DNA of 64,000 nucleotides from Parcubacteria group bacterium Gr01-1014_8 (GTDB lineage Bacteria; Patescibacteriota; Minisyncoccia; Phycocordibacterales; UBA2100): NCBI GenBank assembly GCA_007376385.1, contig VMGC01000003.1, positions 64,001 to 128,000 of the forward strand, read 5' to 3'. Shown piece by piece: positions 57,459 to 64,000 of this stretch (position 1 is its first letter; each line of letters starts with the position of its first letter). The notes under the pieces were generated by a model. It saw only the letters and a program-made list of their open reading frames with translations, ran no database searches and was not told where the DNA came from. The position numbers and the translations under genes were made by a program.

Positions 57459-58663
57459 GTGATGTGCTTCGCCCGCTTCAGCGGGATGAATTTTATCGCC
57501 TTGCCGTTGGGTCCCTCCGGAATGTGTTCCACCACTTCCCAGGAAACTGCAGCGAGAGGGTGCAAGATGCTCTCAAGATTCATAGCCAGCTCTTCTTTGT
57601 AATTCTCAAAATAGGGACCAGGAATGACTTTGATGGTGAACGCAAAAGGCCCGGTCTGTACTATCTGAAATTGGTGCACCACTTTCGTATAGCGATCAAA
57701 TATCTGGGAAAAATCTAGCGATGATACCGTCCTTCCGTCCTCGAATCTCAAGAGTTCAATTTGGCGCCCTAGGATGCGTATTGTCCGCAGTGTCCGGCCG
57801 CATGAACAAGGCTCTTCGGAAATGACGCCCCTGTCGCCGGTATCGTAGCGAACGAACGGCATGACGCGATTATCGAATGTCGTAACGACTACTTTGCCCT
57901 CCTTACCATACGCGAGAGGTTGGCCCGTATCGTCAGTTATCTCGACATATGCCCATTCCTCGTTGATATGTAGGCGGTGCTGCTCGCATTCAAAAGCAAG
58001 CCATCCCAACTCACGGGTCGAATACGACAAAAAAACCTTGAGGCCAAAGGCTTGATTGATCAGTGCACGCCCTTGTTCAGGCAACGCTTCTCCGCCGGCT
58101 ACGAGGCCCCGGAGGGACAACGATATCCTGCGTTCATTCACGACACGCGCCAGTTCTATGAGGGAAGAGGTGAAACCGAACATCACGACTCCTCGGCCGA
58201 AGGAATTCAGGAAATCGCGGAGTTCTTCGACTCGATAACGTACGGCATTATACCCGCGTGAAAAAAAGACCCGCCCGCGCGGTATCGTCACCCCCATGCG
58301 CTCACTGACCCTCATCGACACCACCGGATACGACACGCCACCGGCCGCTGTCCGGAACATGCGGGCACATATCGCATACGAGCGCAATTCATGATGAGCA
58401 TCCAAATAAAAACAAAATGGCGTGCCTGTGGAGCCCGAGGTAAAATCGCGCGACCATTCATCATCACGATCGCCGTCTGTATAGAGAGTTTCAGAGACCC
58501 CGGTGAAATCTTTTTTTGATACGATAGAGATCCGAGAGAAAGGTCCATGTTCCAGCGACGACAGATCCATGGAGTGAACTAGTATCTTTTCTCTCCAGAA
58601 CGCAAATCTCTGCGTCGAACAGAGAAGCGCGGCAAGCCTCTTTTTCTGATATTCGATCATTCG
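57455..58663 (-). CDS. PaaK/CapK/F390-synthetase-like adenylate-forming enzyme 2
   Basis: FTSGSTGTPFCF and RYDTGD motifs. Its stop overlaps the start of enzyme 1 by 4 nt. Confidence 0.7.
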   Translation of the reverse strand, partial: RMIEYQKKRLAALLCSTQRFAFWREKILVHSMDLSSLEHGPFSRISIVSKKDFTGVSETLYTDGDRDDEWSRDFTSGSTGTPFCFYLDAHHELRSYAICARMFRTAAGGVSYPVVSMRVSERMGVTIPRGRVFFSRGYNAVRYRVEELRDFLNSFGRGVVMFGFTSSLIELARVVNERRISLSLRGLVAGGEALPEQGRALINQAFGLKVFLSYSTRELGWLAFECEQHRLHINEEWAYVEITDDTGQPLAYGKEGKVVVTTFDNRVMPFVRYDTGDRGVISEEPCSCGRTLRTIRILGRQIELLRFEDGRTVSSLDFSQIFDRYTKVVHQFQIVQTGPFAFTIKVIPGPYFENYKEELAMNLESILHPLAAVSWEVVEHIPEGPNGKAIKFIPLKRAKHIT

Positions 58664-58924
58664 CCTGCGCGGCCAATATTGGCTTTTTCCGAGCGCCCAG
58701 ATGTCAAATCGCAAAGGAATATACCGAACGGGACGGCACCAATATACGAGAACATTTGTCCATATTCTGTCGCTCCGCCACCACTTCTTCAAAAGCGTAA
58801 TGTACGCGAACATAACCCTCAAACTCTATCAAATGCGCGAGGATCAGAAAGTAACATGTATCCCCAAAAAGATATCAGATATCCCGTTCGCGACAGGTCG
58901 TCGCTATTCGAATATCATTTCTCT

Positions 58925-60121
58925 ATGACACGAGGCCTTATTCTCGCAAGTTCAGCCGCATTCATCGTGCTTCTTGGCCTTGGCAGCGTGTTCATAGCGC
59001 AAACATACGAAACACCTTCAGATCCGAATATCGCGGTGACTGTGCTCAAAACATGTGCGGAGCACAGACTCGTCGCTTGCGCACGACCCGAGATCCGGAG
59101 GCTTCTTACTAATATGTCCGGCGCAGAGATACTGGACCTGTTTTCAGAAAAATTTTCAACCGTAAAATGCCACACACTAGGACATATTGTCGGCCAGGAA
59201 CTCTACCTTGCAAAAAAGAATGTCGAGCATGCGCTTGCGGTATGCAACAATGCATGTGCTTCTTCGTGCGTACACGGCGTTATCGGCGAAGCTTTTTTGC
59301 AAGAAGCTGGCATTACAGAGAAGGAAGGTCTCGATACCCTGCATATGAGTCCGGAAGATATACGTGCGCTCGGTATACGACTGTGCGCATCTGTAAGTAC
59401 GTGCCACGGCGTCGGTCACGCCCTCTTTATGGCATACGGAGAATTTCCGCCTGCACTTGCCGCATGTTCGGAAATAGCGTCAGGAGCCAGACGCACGTTT
59501 TGCTATCGCGGCGTATTCATGCAGTACGCCGACATGGTCTCCGAAAATAGCGTGCGAGATGCTGAATACATATCCTTGCCTGCGCGTGGATCGCTTCAGT
59601 CTCTTTGTGCGCAAACTTCATCTGATGAATTGCGGGCATGCATGCGATACCTACCCCGCATATACGCAGAACTCACGGACAGGAGCCAAGCTGGGCTTGA
59701 GAAGTTCTGTGAATCATATTCCGACGCAGAACGGCGGATCGGCTGTTTCCTAGGAATTGGCGTAGCCCGCGCTGATATGGTCTTTAAAGATCCAGCGGCC
59801 ACGCATCATGTCTGCGAGGATCTTGAGATGACAGGTGACAGAGCGTCCTGTACGCTCGGTATGATCTCGTCGGCTGCGGAATATAAACGAATCCCTGAAT
59901 TGCTCTCTTATTGCCAGGCTGTTGGCGAACTCTTTGTGCGCCACATCTGCTATCACGGTGTTTTCCAAAGCCTAAGCTTCATGATGGCGGAACGTGCAGA
60001 AACAGAAGTCATGTCTGAGCACAAGAAATTATGCGAAGGACATGGAAGCGAATGCTTGAACGGCCTCTATCTGCACAATGCCGATCCATGGGAGACCATC
60101 GTCGGCACGAGCAAAAAGTGA
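58925..60121 (+). CDS. membrane-anchored protein built from about 8 Cys/His-containing repeats (C-x9-13-C-[HY]-H-G-h)
   Basis: Start chosen at MTRGLILASSAAFIVLLGLG. Repeats such as VKCHTLGHIVG, STCHGVGHALF, HICYHGVF. Confidence 0.5.
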   Translation: MTRGLILASSAAFIVLLGLGSVFIAQTYETPSDPNIAVTVLKTCAEHRLVACARPEIRRLLTNMSGAEILDLFSEKFSTVKCHTLGHIVGQELYLAKKNVEHALAVCNNACASSCVHGVIGEAFLQEAGITEKEGLDTLHMSPEDIRALGIRLCASVSTCHGVGHALFMAYGEFPPALAACSEIASGARRTFCYRGVFMQYADMVSENSVRDAEYISLPARGSLQSLCAQTSSDELRACMRYLPRIYAELTDRSQAGLEKFCESYSDAERRIGCFLGIGVARADMVFKDPAATHHVCEDLEMTGDRASCTLGMISSAAEYKRIPELLSYCQAVGELFVRHICYHGVFQSLSFMMAERAETEVMSEHKKLCEGHGSECLNGLYLHNADPWETIVGTSKK

Positions 60122-62820
60122 TGCCGTATACTGCAGGAGTGGAGCTCTTCTCGCGGCATCGCACGAAGTTTTTATACGGCGCTGCCGGCATTTCGGCATT
60201 CCTGATTGCCGCAAGCATCGTGTATCCCCCTCTGTGGCTGCTCGTTTTTGCGGCCCCCGCGCCTTTCTTCGCGGCCCTTCTCTCGCGTGAGATCGTTTCT
60301 TCCCGCATACATGCCATAACTGCGGGATCCGTATTCGGCATCGTCTTCAACGGCGTCATCAATGCAAGCGGATGGGCAGTATACCCCCTCGACTGGATAG
60401 GGGTCGACGCTCCCTTGCTTTCAGCGGCGATGATCGGCATTGCCTGGATCTTGCTTTCATGTCTGATGGGGATTACCAGCGCATTTTTTGCATTGCTCAT
60501 TTTCGAGATAAGAAATCGGCACCACTCCGATATTTTTCTGATCTCAAGTATTGGCATCATTTGGCTCATTGCCGAATCGTTCCGCGTGTTCCTCTTTTCC
60601 ATCTTTATGCTTGGTGCGGAAAGCGGCCTCGATATTGGATTCTCCCTCGGCTCGGTCGGATATGCGTTCGGAAATGCATCAAGCGAATTTTGGATAGCTC
60701 TCGCCAGGTGGGGAGGTGTTGCCCTCCTCTCGCTGTTTCCCATTCTGCTTGCAGCAAGCTTATCCTTCGCCATCGCCGCATGTATACGCAAAAAAAATGG
60801 AGTGCGTCGGTACCTCCTGTTATCGGGTGCCATTCTGTTCGTATTCCTCGGCAGTTCAGCTGCCGCAAGCTTTGCCGCCGAGCGGGCTCGCGGTTCAACA
60901 AGTGCCTGGAAAGATACTCCAAAACTGACGATCGTGATGGCGCAAACGAATTTTCCTGCTCAACTCACGCTGAGCACTGAAGAAAACGCCGAGCGGACGG
61001 ATGTTGTCTTTGACATCGCAGAAACGCTGAAACGGCTTGCCATCAAACCCGACGCGCTCATCCTACCGGAGGGCATAGGATCTCGCATCGATCTATCGAA
61101 CTACGCCGCGATATCCGAACTTTTGCCGGATAAGACATTACTCGTTCATGGAAAATACGAACACCGTATCGGGAAGCCGTCCGTCGTACAAGTCCGCTCG
61201 CACGTTATCGGAGGCGGTACAGAGGTCACTGACAAGCAATTCATCATTCCATACGGCGAATACCCTCCCTATCATCTGCAGCTGCCCTTGAAGTACCTCA
61301 ACTACCGGCTTTACGCGGCTTTAAAAAAGAATCGAGAGTACGTCGGCGGAAACAACGTTGCTCTCGGCAGTGCGGCAAAGATACCGGTAGGAGTGCGGAT
61401 GTGTTCGGAAATATTTTCTTCACGGCTCTACAAAGACTTAACAGCTACGCATGGTGCGGGAATCCTCGTGCATTCATCTTCAATTGCCATGTTCCACGAC
61501 TCAAATTTTATCCAGCGGGAAATGCGCTCGGCGGCGCGCATCCGAGCTGTCGAGAATCGCGTCCCGCTCGTGCAAGCCATGAACGGTGCGCGCGGAACTG
61601 CTTTTGATTGCCGCGGAAAAGAGCTTATCCCCGAATTCTCATCCGCACTTTTCAACGTATATTCCATTTCACGCGAAGCATCGTGCGTAGGAGAAAATGT
61701 CAACGAGCGGGCGCGACCTGCACAAAGCCGGCTCTCATGGAATAAAAAAATGAAAGCCGCAGCTTTACATGCGTGGTATTCGCTCTTTCCGGAACAGGCC
61801 GCTAAAAAGCTCGGTGGTCTGAACATGATGCAGATAAGTATACGGGAAACAGAACTCGAATATTGGATGCGGATTTTCGGTTACAAGAACATTTTTGACG
61901 AGATAGAGAAAGACGGTTTAGATCCCCTGCAACGGCCCGCTGATGCGCGCGTCGTTGTCGGCCAATGTCACACGCAAGCTCACTATGCGGGGCGGATGGC
62001 TGTAAAATTGTTTAACCTGTCAGCACTCACCGAAAATATTATTGATATTCGATGTGGATTCGGCTTTTATCACGGGATCATAGAAGCCTCGCTCGGAAAT
62101 TTGGGAAGTGATAGAAACGTCAAATCATTTTCCGAGAAGTGCCAAGCATATGGAGATAACCCCCTGCGTCGAGCCTCCTGCTTACACGCACTTGGCCATG
62201 GTCTCATGGTGTTCTACAATTACGACCTTCCAACGGTGCTCGAAAAATGCAGTTCTCTCCCCTCATCAGATCTTGGAAAAAAGCTGTGCTACCACGGGGC
62301 TTTTATGGAAAATATTTTCTCTGATCTGGGATTCGGTGTGTCAGAGCACGAATCGGAGTGGATAGGCGGAAGCGATCCGGACTTCCCTTGCGTGGCAAAA
62401 TCCCTCGATTCACTACCAGCCGCAGTACGGGAGCAGTGTTATGCGAATCAATCTCTTGTGTGGGGTTTAAAGCGCGGCGGATTTGACTTTAACAACGCAC
62501 AGACAGGCTGCGTGCGTGCACCACGAGAAGTAAGAGATATGTGCTTCATCGCAATCGGCTATAACGCAGCATTGCCAATAGCGCATGCCGACGAGAGAAA
62601 GGTTATCGAAGGGTGCGCAACTATGCCGGGATCTTCCTATGAAAAAAAATGTCTTGTGGGCGCATTGCTGATCCGCAGCACATTGTGGCCATCAGAAGCA
62701 GGTCTGAAAAACCCTCTATTTTGTTCCGCTCTCGGATATAACGACCTTGCACTGTGTGAAAATTTCGTCAAAGAAACGCTCGATTGGATATTCGAAACAG
62801 AAAAGGAGCCTGCACGTTAA
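60121..62820 (+). CDS. Lnt-like (CN-hydrolase) membrane N-acyltransferase fused to the same Cys/His-repeat domain
   Basis: Multi-TM N-terminus. CN-hydrolase triad context (LILPEG, HGKYEH, VRMCSEIF). C-terminal ~370 aa carry CHTQAH..., CLHALGHGLM, CYHGAF repeats. Its ATG overlaps the upstream stop (ATGA). Confidence 0.6.
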   Translation: MPYTAGVELFSRHRTKFLYGAAGISAFLIAASIVYPPLWLLVFAAPAPFFAALLSREIVSSRIHAITAGSVFGIVFNGVINASGWAVYPLDWIGVDAPLLSAAMIGIAWILLSCLMGITSAFFALLIFEIRNRHHSDIFLISSIGIIWLIAESFRVFLFSIFMLGAESGLDIGFSLGSVGYAFGNASSEFWIALARWGGVALLSLFPILLAASLSFAIAACIRKKNGVRRYLLLSGAILFVFLGSSAAASFAAERARGSTSAWKDTPKLTIVMAQTNFPAQLTLSTEENAERTDVVFDIAETLKRLAIKPDALILPEGIGSRIDLSNYAAISELLPDKTLLVHGKYEHRIGKPSVVQVRSHVIGGGTEVTDKQFIIPYGEYPPYHLQLPLKYLNYRLYAALKKNREYVGGNNVALGSAAKIPVGVRMCSEIFSSRLYKDLTATHGAGILVHSSSIAMFHDSNFIQREMRSAARIRAVENRVPLVQAMNGARGTAFDCRGKELIPEFSSALFNVYSISREASCVGENVNERARPAQSRLSWNKKMKAAALHAWYSLFPEQAAKKLGGLNMMQISIRETELEYWMRIFGYKNIFDEIEKDGLDPLQRPADARVVVGQCHTQAHYAGRMAVKLFNLSALTENIIDIRCGFGFYHGIIEASLGNLGSDRNVKSFSEKCQAYGDNPLRRASCLHALGHGLMVFYNYDLPTVLEKCSSLPSSDLGKKLCYHGAFMENIFSDLGFGVSEHESEWIGGSDPDFPCVAKSLDSLPAAVREQCYANQSLVWGLKRGGFDFNNAQTGCVRAPREVRDMCFIAIGYNAALPIAHADERKVIEGCATMPGSSYEKKCLVGALLIRSTLWPSEAGLKNPLFCSALGYNDLALCENFVKETLDWIFETEKEPAR

Positions 62821-62823
62821 GAC

Positions 62824-62850
62824 AAAACCCGCCTCTCGGCGGGTTTTGTG
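62824..62850. terminator. bidirectional hairpin terminator between the Lnt-fusion gene and rpsJ
   Basis: aaaacccgcctctcggcgggtttt: perfect stem with an A-run on one side and a T-run on the other. Confidence 0.6.
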
Positions 62851-62867
62851 GTGGGAGGCAACGCCTC

Positions 62868-63239
62868 TTACATCATCTTTACGTCAATTGAAACGCCGGA
62901 TGGGAGGTCAATGTTCGTCAACGCTTCAATTACTTTCGGTGCGGGATTCAAAATATCTATCATGCGCTTGTGGATGCGCATCTCGAATTGTTCCCGAGAA
63001 TCTTTATCAATGAATGCAGCGCGATTGACCGTGTATTTCTTGATATCGATTGGAAGCGGAACAGGTCCGACTATCTTTGCGTTGTAGCGGTTCGCTGTAT
63101 CGATTATCTGCTTGACGGAGGCATCCAAGACACCGTGTTCATAGGCACGCACCTTTATGCGCAAACGATGAGCGCCTGCGGCATCAGCTTTCTTCGCCCT
63201 CGCTTTCGCGGGAGCCTTAACGGTCTTGGTTGCTGTCAT
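62868..63239 (-). CDS. rpsJ: 30S ribosomal protein S10
   Basis: RLRIKVRAYEHGVLDASVKQIIDTANRYNAKIVGPVPLP...MRIHKRMIDI. The ATG at 63239 is preferred over the upstream TTG at 63263. Confidence 0.85.
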   Translation of the reverse strand: MTATKTVKAPAKARAKKADAAGAHRLRIKVRAYEHGVLDASVKQIIDTANRYNAKIVGPVPLPIDIKKYTVNRAAFIDKDSREQFEMRIHKRMIDILNPAPKVIEALTNIDLPSGVSIDVKMM

Positions 63240-63251
63240 AGAACGCTGGAG

Positions 63252-63280
63252 AGTATGCACCAAATGGCTGGAAAAGGCAA
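63252..63280 (-). promoter_or_regulatory. sigma70-like promoter for rpsJ
   Basis: Sense TTGCCT - 17 nt - CATACT, which puts the start site only a few nt before the ATG (near-leaderless). Confidence 0.45.
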
Positions 63281-63784
63281 TAATGTGAGCCTGGTCGCAT
63301 CCAAACGGAGCACTATCCCCACTGCCTTGAATTTCGGCTCAAAATCAGGGCTATACTAGAGAGGCTATAGCAATTGCGCCGTAAATCGTAGAAGCCCCCG
63401 TTGCCGGGGGCTTCTACTTTTTGGGCCATTACGACTCGTTTTAGCTGCGACTCCAGAGGTATAGGCTGCTTGACCATGACTCTGGCAGTTGGAATTTCAG
63501 ATTGCTCCGAGACCCCATCTACGCGTTCACTTACTCTCTGACCCAATTATCCGGAGTGACTAGACCTAAGCCGAATCTAGCGAACCTCGGAAGCGTCGAG
63601 TGGATTTCCTATCTTGCAAAAGGTCATCCGCTTTTCGCTGTAGCGCCGTAAAGCGTTACAAGAGTGACTATACCAAAGACAAATTATGCGCACATTGAGC
63701 CAAAAGAGTGGAAAATGTGGAAATCGAGTTGATAAGGGTGTTGAAAACTCTTTCTCTGCTAGGTTCGGGGAAGAAAAGGCCTGA

Positions 63785-63943
63785 TTTTTACTGTTTTCTG
63801 GAAAAATCAGCCCAGAGAGACATAACTCCTAGCGCAAGAAACAGGGCGGCCTCTATCCAATTGCTTCTTTGGATAGCTTCTATCAGAGCTATGCCGAAAA
63901 AAATAACAAACACGGCGAGATTCAAGAACGCTGGAAGTTTCAT
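63785..63943 (-). CDS. possible 52-aa small membrane protein
   Basis: ATG...TAA frame encoding MKLPAFLNLAVFVIFFGIALIEA...LFLALGVMSLWADFSRKQ (two hydrophobic helices). Below the 60-aa ORF cutoff. Confidence 0.25.
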
Positions 63944-64000
63944 AGCGCAAGTATACTATCTCTCATCCCTCAAATTCTCAGAGCAAATTGCTCACTCCCA

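Noticed and set aside
60009-60833. 274-aa minus-strand ORF
   Set aside because: It lies entirely antisense to the well-supported Cys/His-repeat and Lnt-fusion genes. It has Arg/Ala-rich low-complexity composition with no motifs, so it is likely a spurious GC-rich reading frame.
1-64000. CRISPR arrays, transposases, integrases or prophage genes
   Set aside because: No regularly spaced direct repeats, Cas-like ORFs, DDE transposase, tyrosine or serine recombinase, or phage structural motifs were seen. The only mobile-element-like signals are the GIY-YIG modules and the triplicated leader element.

Overview
This 64-kb window looks like a small-genome, Patescibacteria/CPR-like bacterium (inference), dominated by a long minus-strand ribosomal-protein supercluster at about 35.6-46.3 kb. 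The cluster runs rplC-rplD-rplW-rplB-rpsS-rplV-rpsC-rplP-rpmC-rpsQ-rplN-rplX-rplE-rpsN(type Z)-rpsH-rplF-rplR-rpsE-rplO-secY-gmk-adk-map, with no L30 gene between rpsE and rplO.

Other housekeeping content includes a recG 3' fragment, ribF-like kinase, prs, malic enzyme, a pyrC-like amidohydrolase, ftsH, smpB with tmRNA, a lexA-dinB SOS pair with a Cheo-type LexA box, tdh-kbl, thrC, infC-rpmI-rplT, ndk and purD. One tRNA is present (anticodon UAU, Ile-like). Secreted or cell-wall enzymes include a PG-binding/PKD protein, an SNase-Excalibur nuclease and an M15 peptidase.

The main observations are:
- rpsJ (62.9-63.2 kb) is separated from rplC (46.3 kb) by a ~16.5-kb mixed-strand accessory block.
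- That block carries a candidate RiPP-type system: a YcaO cyclodehydratase, a SagB-type dehydrogenase, two tandem PaaK-like adenylating enzymes, a PRTase-PQQ-propeller fusion, an HTTM-like polytopic membrane protein, and two small Cys-rich peptides. One peptide has a microcin-B17-like Gly/Ser/Cys core; the other is a signal-peptide-bearing Cys-rich peptide. Two proteins in the block share a novel Cys/His repeat, one of them fused to an Lnt-like N-acyltransferase.
- A GIY-YIG nuclease domain is inserted in-frame inside an acyl-CoA synthetase. A free-standing GIY-YIG paralogue sits at the ribosomal-operon breakpoint after map.
- A triplicated structured ~56-nt element with compensatory stem changes lies in the leaders of rplC, rplX and rpsH.
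- Several internal promoter and hairpin features occur within the ribosomal cluster.
- No CRISPR array, transposase or integrase is evident.
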